DNA of 50,918 bases, taken from the sequence record NC_029020.1, one strand, 5' to 3'. This document shows positions 1 to 13,500 of the stretch, in pieces. Position 1 is the stretch's first letter; each line of letters starts with the position of its first letter. Both the position numbers and the translations under genes were made by a program. The notes beneath the pieces are model-generated. The model made no database searches and was not told the DNA's origin. It saw only the letters and a list, made by a program, of their open reading frames with translations.

Positions 1-9
1 ACGAAACGT

Positions 10-39
10 AAAGCTTATTAATCCCTTAAACAGATGTTT
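10..39 (+). promoter_or_regulatory. BRE/TATA promoter of the putative major capsid gene, followed by a 12-bp palindrome-like site
   Basis: AAAGCTTATTAA at 10-21, AAACAGATGTTT at 28-39, ATG at 53. Confidence 0.6.
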
Positions 40-52
40 CTGACGAAGCAAA

Positions 53-420
53 ATGGTGTTCTCAGTTCAGCTCAGCGGAAACGGCCTAAAGGCAAAGATT
101 CGTNCCNANGTTCANNAACGGCATAANGTTCGGGACANCCGACTTCGACNTTCCNACGATAGCGATAGCCTTGCTGGTCGTCGGTGTAGTGGTNGGNCTC
201 TCTACCCTCATTCTGTCAATATTCGCAGGAGCTACNGCAAATGCNNTTCCCANCCACACAACCAGGAACGCTANCNTACAANNTNACNCACCCGCTTGTG
301 CAGGGAACNTCGNNGTTCTACGGNTTCTACCCNACNCTGTACGTACTGCTAGGCGTTGCAGGAATAGTGCTGATCGCNGNCGGTATGATTTCTATAATAN
401 TGNAGAAGTTCAAGACTTAA
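53..420 (+). CDS. Putative major capsid protein, hydrophobic helical-hairpin (SSV VP1 / SMV1 MCP-like); two apparent frameshifts
   Basis: Joining three frames gives a basic N-terminus (MVFSVQLSGNGLKAKIR), helix 1 (DFDxPTIAIALLVVGVVxxLSTLILSIFAG) and helix 2 (FYGFYPTLYVLLGVAGIVLIAxGMISII..KFKT*). TAA at 418-420; 368 nt = 122 codons + 2 extra bases; many Ns. Confidence 0.6.
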
Positions 421-532
421 ACGTNAAGCCACTTAAAACTNCAAGNCNNAGCAAAGNCAACACGTTATTTTTCGCANANCNGTTTTCTCTTCCTTTTAAG
501 TACTTTCCTGTTAAGATATTAACGACATCGGA

Positions 533-1374
533 ATGGCACTGAAGCCNCCGCCAAATGTTACCTTGGTAACGAACACCGTAGTTCCTCCACAGACGCAAAT
601 CCAACCACTTTCAGCTTTTTCGCTGTTCCATATACTGTTATCCCCGCCGTATGTCTACATTTTCATCACTCTAGCAGTAATGGTAGCTGTATTCATCGCA
701 CTACTACTATCCTTCCAAAGGTCTTACATAAAAGACCCGATAAGAAATGGTCTGGTAAGGCAAATCCGTCGCTCTAAGAAAAGCGACGTTGTAGTAGTCA
801 ACATCGACATCGCCACCAGGTCTGCCCAGTTATATATCGGTGAAAAACTTATCGCCGTCACTGTACACAGTCCACGACCCAGTGACAGGAGAGGAACTGA
901 TAGTTCCGGTGACCTCCGAGTCCATGGTGGGCATGATTCAGTACGGCAACATTCACAGGCCCCTGCTCATCACGGTAAGGAAGAACAACACGATGCCGTT
1001 CGCGATAAGGCTGGAAACGTTAGAGACGTCCATACCCGTGTCCGAATACGACACGGCGGAGCCAGAACTGCTGGCACAGCTGGCGAAGGTCAAGAAAATG
1101 ATCACGTGGTTCCATAACGCTGTCTCCTACAACGAAGCTCGCTATAGCCGTTGACCCAAAGCTGTTGCTCAGCCGTAGGTTGGCCCAAGAGCTAGAAATC
1201 CTGGGCACGATTCCGACGACGGTCAAGGAGATGAACGTGAACCTAGTGAAACTGTTGAAGTTGCAGAACGAGGCAAGGCGTACACAGGCAATGAGCAAGA
1301 TAATGCTGTACTTCGTGATAGGCACAGTTGTAATGATGCTACTAGTAGTGCTGTTCGGCCTCCATATAGTTTAA
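533..1374 (+). CDS. Membrane protein with N- and C-terminal TM helices (~280 aa), split by two apparent frameshifts
   Basis: ORFs 533..1117, 840..1154 and 1165..1374 join at an A5 run (~845) and at ~1144 (NEAR/IAVDPKLLLSRRL). Confidence 0.6.
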
Positions 1375-1466
1375 CTTAAACCGAATTTTTTCTATTCTCA
1401 CGACCTCCCGTAGTTGAGTAGGCTTTTTATAGTCGCAAGTAAACGTATGGTTAAGGGTGATAAGAA

Positions 1467-2999
1467 ATGAGTAACAACGACAGTGTATTACCACCCGAGT
1501 TTACGCCTAACGAAGAAGTCAAGAGTCCCGAGTTGGAGAAATTCCTCAGTAACGATAAGTTACCGCTCGAAGTCGTCGCAAAAGCGGTTGTAGGCACGTA
1601 CGGCCCTTACCCTGCGGTGCTTCTACCAGAAGGAGACTATTCGCAGTACCTCACAGGTAACGAACGCGTAATCAACCTCGGGAGAAACGTTTTGATAGTT
1701 TTCGGCAACCCTCAGACTCAGCAACAACCCCAGCAGGCCCCTGCACCTCAAGCCCAAGAACGGCAGAACAAGGTAGAACAGAATGAAAAAGAAACTTTCG
1801 AAAACGATTTAGAAAAAGCACTCAACATAGAACTTTCGCCGTACATTCCCGACTGGCTGAAATTCTACTTGGTTAAATACGGCGTAACGGAAGGGAAATC
1901 CCCAAGTCCACAAGAGCGTAAAGAGATCGCCGAAAAGATCTGGAACGAGTTGCAGAAGAACTGGAACAAGATCCTGGAATTATTAGAAGTTAAAAACGCC
2001 AGCATTCTCCCCACCACCGTCCTCGCGTTAGTCAAAAAATTCCCGTCCGAATACAAGGGTTCAAAAAAGAAAACGACCAGTAATGCTGAAGAAGTAAAAG
2101 AAGAAACTGTAAGAAGTGTTTTGTCTAACATATTCGAAAGAATCAGAAGCAAATACTTCACTCCGCTGGAGAACTCATACGCTCCAGACGAGATTTTCCA
2201 CTTAAGAATCTTCAGGCCAATGTCTTTAGACGAGTTCAAAAAATTCATGGAAGAGATGGGCGAGGTCACGCAACTGTACAGGGACGCGTACCTGATCTTC
2301 TCTTTCGTGAATATGTTCAAGGTCAGAAGTTCCGTGCAAGTGAAAGGTGCTGACATCAAGGAAGCCAGCCCCGATAAGCTCAAGTACATCCAAGACCTTA
2401 TCGACGCTTACAAGCGTCTGAAGTCTGCAGACCTCGGCCCTCGCATAATCGTAGACGCTAACAACACGTTACTGGTCGGGTCGCTTAAGGGACTGTCGCC
2501 GAACGATACCTATCCCGTACTGAGGATAAACGAATTAGACCTCAGCAAGGCCAGCGAAGAGGAACTGAAGAGGTTGAAATCTCTTCTAGATTTTACAAAG
2601 AACGCTTTTGACGACCAGTACGGGGCATTGATCGTTAAGGCCACCATGAATCCATCGGTTCTCAACATGGAGTCCTTTAAAACTATAGTAAGATTGCTGG
2701 GGATATGCTCTGAAGGGGACGAGGCCTGTCTGTACAAGGCTAGNCAAGNACTGTCAGCGTTCCCTGAGACGCTCAAGGACACGTTCATAGATAATTTCNC
2801 GGAGGAGATAAAGAGTAATCCATTATATAGAATAAAATACCTTAACCAGTTCGCGACGCTATTCGCACTTGTTAATTATTACAGCTATATCTCAGAGTTA
2901 GAGAAACAAGAACTGATTAACAGCAGTATTGCGAAGATAAGGGAGGAGGAAGAGAAGAAGGCTAGAAAGGCCCTTGAGATGTTTAAGCGAGGAATCTAA
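1467..2999 (+). CDS. Hypothetical helical/coiled-coil protein, 510 aa (probable virion or morphogenesis protein)
   Basis: Long ORF, TATA box TTTATA at 1426-1431, lies in the structural cluster. Confidence 0.75.
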   Translation: MSNNDSVLPPEFTPNEEVKSPELEKFLSNDKLPLEVVAKAVVGTYGPYPAVLLPEGDYSQYLTGNERVINLGRNVLIVFGNPQTQQQPQQAPAPQAQERQNKVEQNEKETFENDLEKALNIELSPYIPDWLKFYLVKYGVTEGKSPSPQERKEIAEKIWNELQKNWNKILELLEVKNASILPTTVLALVKKFPSEYKGSKKKTTSNAEEVKEETVRSVLSNIFERIRSKYFTPLENSYAPDEIFHLRIFRPMSLDEFKKFMEEMGEVTQLYRDAYLIFSFVNMFKVRSSVQVKGADIKEASPDKLKYIQDLIDAYKRLKSADLGPRIIVDANNTLLVGSLKGLSPNDTYPVLRINELDLSKASEEELKRLKSLLDFTKNAFDDQYGALIVKATMNPSVLNMESFKTIVRLLGICSEGDEACLYKAXQXLSAFPETLKDTFIDNFXEEIKSNPLYRIKYLNQFATLFALVNYYSYISELEKQELINSSIAKIREEEEKKARKALEMFKRGI

Positions 3000-3060
3000 T
3001 GTGTTTGAACGAATGACGAGTCGTTAAGATTTTTAACCGTTGCTTGAACATATGTTTTAG

Positions 3061-3438
3061 GTGGAAGATATGAATTGGTCGAATTGGGTCAGGTCTGAGT
3101 TTGAAGACTTACATCCCGAGAAATACGCCAGAGATGCTCTGCATACCCTCCTATTGTTCGAGAAGGGCGAGATAGACTACCCAGAGGTGACGCTGAAGCT
3201 AGCGGGAGACGAGGCCTGGTCGAACGCCTTTCCCCCTTTAAAGAAAGCGATACATGATTTAGTCCTCTTGATAAAGCGAGTGGTAAAAGAGAACGGAGTG
3301 CCAGACGGTACGCCAGTGCCAGATTACGTCAGGAAGCAAATACTCAAGGAAGCCAAGAAACGCGGGATTCTGCAAACGTTAGAAGAGTGGGCGAACGGCT
3401 ACGAGGAGGCCCAGCTCCTGAACGAAATGGCTGGGTGA
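3061..3438 (+). CDS. ATV p131/p145-like four-helix-bundle virion protein, paralog 1
   Basis: FEKGEIDYPEVTLKLAGDEA closely matches the remembered ATV p131 segment FENGQLGYPEVTLKLAGEEA. Confidence 0.75.
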   Translation: MEDMNWSNWVRSEFEDLHPEKYARDALHTLLLFEKGEIDYPEVTLKLAGDEAWSNAFPPLKKAIHDLVLLIKRVVKENGVPDGTPVPDYVRKQILKEAKKRGILQTLEEWANGYEEAQLLNEMAG

Positions 3439-3506
3439 ATTAACGTGGGTTTTTTTCTGACCTAGCGACGGCAATACGTGCATCTATTTCTTTCATAGTC
3501 ATCGCT

Positions 3507-3764
3507 ATGTCCGTAATAGTATTCATCATAGTTTTCGGCCTCCTAGTGTATTTCTTCGGCATCTTCAACTCGGCACAGGCCCAGGTGAACCAGGTCGTTC
3601 ACCCAACAAATAATATTTCACACGAAGTCACCGCGGATATGCACAACGCTTACACGGGTTTCGCCCCGTACGTGAACTACTGGATGTACGCAATGGGAGC
3701 AGGGATTGTGACAGCCCTCATTTTCATTATAGCGACATCGATAAGGGAGGAGGAGGGCGAGTAG
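3507..3764 (+). CDS. Small two-TM hairpin protein, possible minor capsid paralog
   Basis: Two hydrophobic helices; GFAP...GAGIV resembles GFYP...VAGIV in the 53..420 product. Confidence 0.6.
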   Translation: MSVIVFIIVFGLLVYFFGIFNSAQAQVNQVVHPTNNISHEVTADMHNAYTGFAPYVNYWMYAMGAGIVTALIFIIATSIREEEGE

Positions 3765-3765
3765 G

Positions 3766-4095
3766 GTGCAACTGAAGCCATCAATAAACACTGCGGTGAT
3801 ATTTTTCGCGTTGGCCGTAATGCTGGTAGTCGTAGCTTACCCGTTCTTTAACCTCATAGCGAAACAGGCCATCATCATATCCAATTCCTCGATAATATAC
3901 ACTAACACGACGAAAGAGTCAATTCAAGTAGGTAATACTACATTTACAGTGAACGAACCACAGTATTATTCCCAGCAGTACAATATTCTACTAATTTTGT
4001 ACAGCGTCCTCGCATATCCGTTTTTCGACATTATGGTATTCGCGATGCTCGTCGGTTTAGCGTTCATCTACTGGTTCTTGCGGGAAAAAGATTGA
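3766..4095 (+). CDS. Small two-TM membrane protein with N-glycosylation sequons
   Basis: 109 aa; two hydrophobic segments around an N/S/T-rich loop (NSS, NTT); operonic spacing. Confidence 0.7.
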   Translation: MQLKPSINTAVIFFALAVMLVVVAYPFFNLIAKQAIIISNSSIIYTNTTKESIQVGNTTFTVNEPQYYSQQYNILLILYSVLAYPFFDIMVFAMLVGLAFIYWFLREKD

Positions 4096-4132
4096 AGAAA
4101 CGAAATTATGTTTTTTAAAGGCTTTTCCGTAG

Positions 4133-7100
4133 GTGTATTCGATGAGTGCTAATCCCATCGTTCAGATTAACCAGTTGCTCTCCGAGGGGAATTATCAACA
4201 GGCTCTGCAAATAGCCCAGCAATACGGCTTAGCTCAGACCGCTCAACAAATTCAGGCGTTAATTTACGTACAGCAGTCAATTAATGAAGCCGAAAACGGT
4301 AACCTCGGCCAAGCGTTAACCGATTTACAAAATGCACAGAAGCTAGACCCGAACCTTAACTTACAGCCCTATTTCGCTTACATCAACGTAATACAGCTCT
4401 TCGATTCCGCAAATCAGGCGTTACAGAATGGCGACTACAATACCGCTTTAAACGACCTTCAGCAGGCTCTGCAAATAGCCCAGCAGTACCCGAATGTAAT
4501 TAACGTAACAGAAATCCAACAACAGATACAGGTAGTACAGGCACTGCAACAAATAGATCAGTACATCAATAACGCCAATAAGGAACTAGAANAAGCGAAC
4601 TTTACAGAAGCTTATCAGTACCTTNANCAAGCCCTACAGTTGGCTCAGCAGTACAACCTAAGCGATAAGAAGTTTGAGGATTTAGTAAGAGCCGTTTCCT
4701 ACTTAGCCGAGATTCCTCCGTTCCCGAAAGCTCCGCAGGGAGAAATAACATTACAGAAGTTACAACAGTACTTGCAAGCATTAGAGTCGTACTTCGCCAC
4801 CGCGTCGCAGTACGGGACGGAGGCATCACGTTACTACAGCGGTTTTTCGTCTCTCGCGAACGGATATCAACGGTCTGAACAGGTCGCTTCTCAGCTTCTG
4901 GGCGTAGTCAATCTGCTGGTAAAAGCACAGAATATTGTAGAAAAGAACGAGAATTCGACGTCCGCAGTTCAAAATGCAATAAACCTCATTCAGCAGGCAC
5001 AGAACCAACTGCAGAACATCAACGCTGATGGCACGCCGTTAGCGGGTCTGGCGAGCTCGTTAACCGATGTCGCCCAGGAAATGTACGCTAAGTACACCGC
5101 TCTCCTGCAGGTGCTTGAGGATATAAATGAAGGGCAACAAGAAGCAGAAAATGGAAACTATTCTGAGGCTGTTCAATATCTTCAACAAGCACAGCAAATA
5201 GCCCAGCAGAACGGTTTTAACATAGATTTAACATCTTATATTCAAGGTTTTTCCATTTTAGAGGGTTTACAGCCCTTACCTCAGCCTCCTTCGACACAAA
5301 ATTTCCTGTCTCTTTCTCAGTATTTCAACCAGGTGTACCAAGTCCTCCAGGAGAACTACCAGGTTTTGGAGAAGGCTTCTAATTACCTACAGATAAATCT
5401 GCAGGCAGTTCAGGGCGATATACAAGACGCGAAGAACATATCGGAAGCCNTNNNGNTGTTAGCNGANGCNCAGCAACTNCTTAATCCACCGCAAAACAAC
5501 ACACCGCAAACCAACACCATCAGCGAAATCCTGGCGAACAAGGACAAGATCCTGAGCGATATCTCGCAGGCTCTGCAGTTGTTGAGCGAGAGCCAGAGTT
5601 ACGATATGCAGAGCACAGCAAAACAGCTGTTTGAGATCGCACAGAACTACCAGACCCAGGTACAGACCTACCTGGAAGGACTGGAGAAGACCCAGCAAGC
5701 ATTAGATGCCCTGAGCACCGTAAACCAACGNTCGTAACNTCAAGCAACCGCAAGCCAAGTTACCCTCAGCGTACTTCTTGGATTTACAGAACAACTATAC
5801 AGAAGCTCTCAACGCATTAAAGAACGCGATCTCTCTCGCCATGCAGGCTAACTCGCTTTTCGAGCAGATAAACGCCACACCACCGTTCGATATGAATCAA
5901 CTTCAAAAGGAGGAGGTTGCGTTAGAGCAATCTATTCAGTTATTCGGGACTACTGCAAGTGCGTACTCGGCTATTGAAAATGTATTAAACGTTCAAAACA
6001 ACTTAAACACTCCATCGGATTACGCGAAATATTACAAGGACGTAGCCTCTACAATACAGAAGGGGATACAGGAGATAAACTCGCTCAACATTACCGACGA
6101 CGGCGTTAACCAGGTAAGACAGCAGATAATTCAACAACTACAGCAAATGGCGACCGATTATCTGGCCCTATCTCATGCCTTCAGCATTATAGCGTCTGCG
6201 TCTACTTGGGCAACCGTTAAAACAGTGAGATATGGAAACAGGATTGTACCGGGAGAATCAACGGGTGGGAATTCGTTACAGGCCTTGGCTCAGGCTTTCC
6301 AGGAAGCGTCGCAGTACCTCTCTCAGTACCCTGACCTTCAAAAAATCTCACAGCAGTTCGCGAACTTGAGCCAGTTCTACAGTCTAGTAGCACAAGCCGA
6401 CGACCTTCTTCAGCAGGCGAAGGCTTCCTCCTCTATNAGTNNTNANATNTCNCTGATGNAACAGGCGAAGGGNTANCTNCAGCAAGCCCTTCAGTACGTT
6501 TCGTCAAATTCACAGGTATACCAGCAAATCCAGAGCGAGATATCGAATATCGACCAAGCAGTCAGCGTACTGCAGAACGCCCAATCCATAGCTCAGCAGA
6601 TAAAAAGTGCTATAAATAACGGTGATTATCCCTCCGCTTTACAGTATTATAATGAATTGTTACAGACTACACAAGGCATCAATATAAATAATGTGATAAA
6701 CGNCGTAGCGAGCAACAACTATTTCCAGGCAATTCAGGACGTCAATAACAACCAATCGCTTCAGCCCCAGCAGAAGCAGTTCCTGAACAGCCTCATAGCC
6801 ACCATAGGCATCAACAAGTATTACCTTCCTCTAATGCAGTCCTCACTTCAGCAGGCTCAGTCTCAGGCGTCTTCCTTACAAATATACAATATTTTCAACT
6901 TCGCTCAACAAATGCAACCAGTAGCTAATGATATACAGAACGCACTTCAATATGCCCAAGATGCTGAGAACTTAGCACAATATGTTTCTCCTCAGGTGCA
7001 ACAGAATTTAGCACGCCTCGTGTCAAAGATTCAAGAGAAGTACAACGCAATCGAGGAACAAATTCAGAAGGCAGAAAGCAACTGGCTCCTTAACGGGTTT

Positions 7101-10100
7101 GAAGGTCTCGCCAACTTCATCAACACGGCAATAAACGACCTAATGAACGACATTAACAACTTCATTTATTCGCACTTAGGTCAGAACGTTTTCACTGAAG
7201 TCCTAGCGGGGATCGTCGACGGTGCCATACTCGTACTGATCTCACTCATTCCTATCTTTGGGAAGGTCTTTGACTATTTGTCGTTTATATCCTTTATCGG
7301 TAGTACGGTATTTGATCTGCTAGCTGGCCCAGCGTCGTTCAACGAGACCGTTAACTCGTTCAAGGAGATGTTGACGAGCCCAACGTCATTAGCAATGATA
7401 GGGACGCTTTTGGTCGGCGGGATTGCTACGGGATTGATAAAACCGAGCAACATAGAAAGCGTTGGCCTAGCCAAGACTGTGGACAGTGTTAAATCGGCTC
7501 TGTCGAAGATTGAGGATTCAATAAAGGACAGGGTCGACATAACAACGATAAGCGATAAGGTCATCGGTACTATCAAGAGCGATGTAGCTAAGTCTTCAGA
7601 CTTCTCGAAAGTTAACCATTTGGTGAAAGAGATAGACCCCGAGAAGCTGGACACTAACGCACTGAAAAATAAGGGTTTAGGCAACACGATAGTGAAGATC
7701 GAAGGCGATGCATACAAATTCATTCAAATTGATACATCCAATTCAAAGATCACAATAGAGACTTACTACGTGTTCAAAAACGTGAGACTGAAAGTGGTTA
7801 AGGGAGTCGACAAGGTTGAAGTAAGGCTTAGAAAAGATTTCACTGGTAAGATAAAAGTAGGCGTCAAGCCAAAGCTTACTGATCAATTAATTGCGACGCT
7901 TAAAAACGGAATTGAAGGTAAAATGCTCCACGTCATAGTAAATATCAAGAATACTGTAAAGAATTTACTTTCCTCAAACAAGTTACCCGAGGCTCTAGAG
8001 ACCATCAAGCTTAACCTGGCGTCGATTGTCGCTAGACAGCTGTTTAAAGACCTCCAAAAGGCGAACGGCAATGCGGTGAAGATATCCCCGTACGAGAAAA
8101 TAGCCTATATCGACGGTAAGTTCTGGGACTTTGTATACAACGAGAACGGCACTCTCAAGGAGANGAATAAGATAAATGACCTAGAGGCGTTAGCTAAGCT
8201 GACGGAGTTCGCGGAGAAGGAGGTAGGCAACTTCGTTACAATGAACAAAAACTTGATAGAACAGTTGCTGGAGAGTAATAAAAACCTGAAGAGCATTGAG
8301 TATTATTTGACAAATAAGCTTACGGGCAACGTCGTAAGGAATGAGTATGTGGAGCTTGAAGACCTGTTAGGAAAGAAGCTGAAGTTCACGTCTGAGACCG
8401 AGATAAACACCGGCGAAATAAAAACGACCAAGACAATTAAAGGAAATTTCCCGCGTGAATTATTACAAAGCATTACTCAACAAGAGAAAAGTATTCTGAC
8501 GCCACAAGAAGTNGCNGACNTACTCAGTTACGATAACAGGNTCTCACGGATATTCAGGCCACTAATTGACGAGCATCCCGAGGTCAAGGAGTTACTAGAG
8601 AAATTAGCGTCGAAAGGGAAACTGACCAACGATATCAATCAGCTGGAAGAAATAGCCAGCAAAATAAAGTCGTTTTACAAGGCTCTGGACAGCGAAGTGG
8701 AAGACATAATGAAAGTCATAAATGATAATCTTAGCAATAAACCACAACTCAACAAGCTGTTCTACGGCGTAGATCTCTCGAAGGTCGTTAATAAGATTGC
8801 TGATAAGATTGCGGAAAAGCAAATACTGAACGACCCCGATGCTGTACTGAACGGCGAAAGCGGAGTACCTAAAATCTCTCTATCGGACGTCCTAAAACAC
8901 TTTAGCATGTCGAACAAGGCTAAGGTTGTCTTAAACTACCTGGAGGCAGATTCCAAGGTATATAACGAGGTAATGGGGAAGCTGAAGAATTTCTCTCCCG
9001 AGGCCAGGGATTATATTCTGGCAGAGGTATTCGACCATCAGTTCGTCGTAGCGATTACTGATGCTATAAAGGAGAATAAGGATATATCGATAACTCCCGA
9101 AGGGCTTGAAAACGTAGTCCAAGATATAGACGATGTTATAGAAACTATCAAAATTGAAGGCCCTCAAGGGTCGCAGGTACCTGTCTCAACGAGCTCAACA
9201 AGCACCACCTCTAGCGGTACCGCTTCGACAAGTTCTACGGAGGGTGCGGTTTCCAGCACCGCTTCGAATGCCAGTTCGAACGGCACCGCTACAGTCCTAC
9301 AGCCTCCAGCACAGCAGTCAGTACAGCAAGGGGCTCAAGCACCGATATCGCAGATCGCAACGCTCAAAAACGCGTTGCCAGCAACGTTCCCGAAATTCAA
9401 CGAACTGCCGTCGGGTGCGAAATTCTTATTCATGGATATTGTCGAAAGACTGTTAGAAGAAAAGGGAGAACTATCACCGGAAGAACTACAGGAGGCGTTA
9501 GAGGACGCAAAGGCGAAGTACCAAGCACAGTTTCAGGCGATACTTGACAGCCTAAAGAAGATGGTCAACGACGTGAAAGCCGAAGCGACGTCTAGTAGTG
9601 AAGAGGAAGCCGTACTGAACAGCCTAGATAAGGGCATAGGCGAGCTGGAGAAGAAAGTAGGGTTCGATCTGCGGAGGCTCTCGTACTTCCTGTCCATCGC
9701 GAGCTTCGTAGCGGACAGGTACAACGTAGCTACGGCGATCGAACTCTTAGACCAGCTGAACTCGCTCACCCCGCAACAGCTACAGAACGTGATTGTCCTT
9801 ACCCAGCCACAGATAGATACGTTAACCAAAATCTCTCCGCTCCTTAAGGAGCTGATCGTAAAGCTTAACAAGGGAGTGAAGACGAAGGACGTGCTGGATA
9901 TAGCAACGGTAATTAAGGAAGCCCTGGAGAAGATGGGAATTAACCTGGACGTCGAGCAGTTAATTAGGGTGATCAACGCGTTACAGACCCTGACTCAGCA
10001 GTTCAATTTNNAAATCAGTGATATAGCGACCCTGATAGCTGTAAGCGACCTCAACGGTCTACTGGCCATTCCCGTTCCTATANTATCCAACCTCAAGTCG

Positions 10101-10377
10101 CTGACTCACGCCCCAGCTCGGANNCAGCACGATAAACGAAAATGTCCTTTCGGTCGGTACCGAAGAAATTACAGAAACGACGCTGTCATTAGGAACTATC
10201 CCGCTACAAGGAGCGACATTAGAACAGTTACAGCAATTGTTGCAACCGCCACTGGTTACACCGCCTAACGCTACGGTTGAAGGAAATCAAGGAGGAGGAG
10301 GCATCAATATACCTCCGTCGTATTCGACTCCGCAGTTCGCGTCGTATAGTTCGAAGCAACAGTACCTGATAATCTAA
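4133..10377 (+). CDS. Giant (~2080 aa) Q-rich TPR-like helical-repeat protein with central TM segments (ATV p1940-like); two apparent frameshifts
   Basis: ORFs 4133..5737 and 5778..10268 join at ~5735. After ~10122 the reading continues in another frame (STINENVL...YSSKQQYLII*) to TAA 10375-10377. Repeats of the type xGNYQQALQIAQQY; hydrophobic stretch at ~7190-7440. Confidence 0.75.
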
Positions 10378-10571
10378 GGTCGGTTCGAAGTAACGTAAAT
10401 TTTTTCCCTCAATTCGAACTTTTGCTTATTATATCCCCCTCGAACCTTTCCCTTGTTATTTTTTTGTTACCTTGGTTTCACGGGTGCGAAATTAAAACCA
10501 CAGCGAAAACCCGATACAATCCAAAATGGCCGTGAAGGATTTTTTGCCAGATCACATATCTTAAGACGGAT

Positions 10572-13500
10572 ATGAAGAGGAAAGTACTGGTTGGTTTCCT
10601 GTTCCTCTTATTCCTAATTGCGACAGTACAGGCAATCATAACTACTAATTCGCAAACACCACCTTCAGCTTCAGCATATGTTGGGAGCATTAGTGTACCT
10701 TCAAACCCGTTCATCCTGAATACGACGTTACCAGCGATAAACCAGCTTGGCTCAAACATACGTTTCTTCGAGTACCCTAACCTGACGGGACAGCTATACG
10801 CCTATGAACAGCAACTACCGCAAACGATATCCACTGTGAACAGTGTTGAGTCCACAGGATGGCATGTGTTTCCTTATTGGGAAGATGGCGAATTGGTGAT
10901 AAATAGCACTGGTAGTACTGGCCAATATATAGCCTGGAGATATTCGCCGATATCAAATTCCATCAACATTACTATCCACGTGACGTCGTTCCCAGTATAT
11001 AATTTTAATCCTGGTATTGATATATTCTCAGCAAATCCGTCTACGGCTTATGATTGGCATGGTGGTAATTATTATTGGCTGGCAATACAGTGGTCTGGTG
11101 CTTATCAGTATATCACCCCTTGGGGTGGCTTGTCTCCAGTTACTGGTTCATCTTCTATACCTAACTTGATGGGTAAAGTGTTTACGGAAACCGTAATCCT
11201 CACGGAGAACAGTGCTGGTAACATAACGATATCGCAGATCTACGTTAACGGGACGCTCTACAGCACCCCTAATATCGATATACCCTTCCCGTGGAACCAA
11301 ATTTATTGGATAGGGATAAGAGGCGACGCTGACAACGTCTTCTACGTTTCGTACTTCGGCGTCTCCCCAGCACCTTATGGCGGTGTTGAACAGTTCGTGA
11401 ACAACGTAGAGACTAAGTATAACATGTTTTCTGACTGGCAAAACGGTCAGTTACTAGTAAACACCTATCCCGTAGTCGTTACGGTGAATAATTCGCAACC
11501 GATCGCTACTCCAGCACCCTTCGACCAATTCTTAAACATATCAGAGTCACAAGTAGCCTCAGCCTTTGGTTCTAGTCTCACGTCTCAACCTAATCTCGCG
11601 TCTCAACTATGGCAACAGGCGGTGTCAGACCATTTCCTCAATTTGTTATTTACACAAAACGGGCAACCACTCTACGCTTGGATACAAAATTACACTTCTT
11701 CATGGGTGGCGGTGTGGGTAAAACTGCCTAATGGTATACCTGCGTCGTCTACAGCGAGTATATACATCTACTTCACGAACACTATCCAATACCCTTACAC
11801 TGGTATAAACCCACTGCTAACTCCTTCTTACGGTCAGTATGATAACGGTCAAAACGTGTTCCTCTTTTACAATAATTTCGCCTCTTCGTCTTCATTAACT
11901 AACTTTAAGGTGATAAATGGGACTAACCCATCTCTAGCAACAGTTACATTCAATGACGGTTTTAATTTAACAGCACAAGCCACAAGCACAGTGAACTGGT
12001 ATGTCCTTAATTCGACTGTGTCATTTAGCGAGCCAGTGATGGCATACGCTGACATTAACGTATACTTGTTCGGTTCCACGTCAAATCCTTACGATTTAAG
12101 GACAGCTTACCCGATGCTCACAGACAACTTATCGGCACTTAATTATGAAACTAACTTGTATGTAGGGCTTGAGAACCAATGGTCTGACAGCGTTGCCATA
12201 TCAATAAGTGTAAATGGTGAAGCTGGTTATTGGGCGTTCTTCGCGACAAACGACAGCGGTAACGCTTACCAATATACGACAAGTATCCAGGGCTCTGTAA
12301 GCGAGCTTTGGGGAGTAGGTTACGGTTATTCCACATCAGTAGGCTATTTTTATGAACACTTACTAAGCACTACATATACAATAAATGGTGCACCGAGGGC
12401 TAACCACCCTATGAGCCTTGTCTTAGGTTTTGATGGAACGCCTTCTGCTAAATTCTCAATAAAGACTTTTTACGTATTTGTTGCACCTCTTCCGCCTAAT
12501 AACGTAATGCCGTCTATAACAAGTGTATCAAATAGTGGTGGTGTTGGTGGTCAATATATTGCTTGGAAATATTCACCAATATCAAATACCATCAACGTCA
12601 CCATTCACGTAACATCGTTCCCATCAGCAAAGGGTAATTCTAGTATTGCCGTCTACTCACCTAACGTAGGAGACCAATCATCTGATGGTAGCAGTGGTTT
12701 CTACGCGTTATTTGTTGACTTCTACGGTGACTCGATATATTTTCACTCTCCAACATCTGGTTGGGTACAGCTCTACTCTTCTTTGCCTCAACCTAACCCC
12801 AACTATCCGTTCACTTTCAGTGTCATCTTGACGGAGAACTCCGCGGGTAACGTCACAGTACAGAGCATATACATTAACGGCACAGCCTACTCCGTTAACT
12901 TTAATACTCCATTCCCGTGGAGCCAGATAGGCTATGTTGGAATAAGAGCCGATACTGGTAACATCTTCTACGTCTCCTACTTCGGCGTCACACAGCTGTT
13001 AGACGCATACTCTCTTGTCACCAACCCTGCCACTAACACGCCTTACACTGGCACGGTTTACGTAGCGGTCTTCCCCTACCCCATCAGCTACGACGTTTAC
13101 GTATCACCAGCACCGATTGTAAACTCTCAGTCCCCTCTCCCGATGTTCTCACCTTCATTTACTTCAACGACAACGCTCTACCCCGTGATTTCGACTAACG
13201 TGAACTACGGCGTCATAAATATATGGACTACTTCTGGATCCGTTACGGCGAGTAGCGGTACAGTTAACATCATCCCTTCNATAGGTGCGTGGACTTCCGT
13301 CTCNCTCTCTACGAATACCGTCCCGAACTTCCTCGTGAACGGTACAGTAAAGAGCGGTAGTGTAAGCGGTAANACAATTACACTAAGCGGGTTAACTGGT
13401 ACTTCAACTGTAGTATTNCCNGACAACTTCATACCTTCTTCAACGGCTGGAGTNACGACCTANAACGCTACNTTTAACGAGATAAAGACTACNGCTTCTT

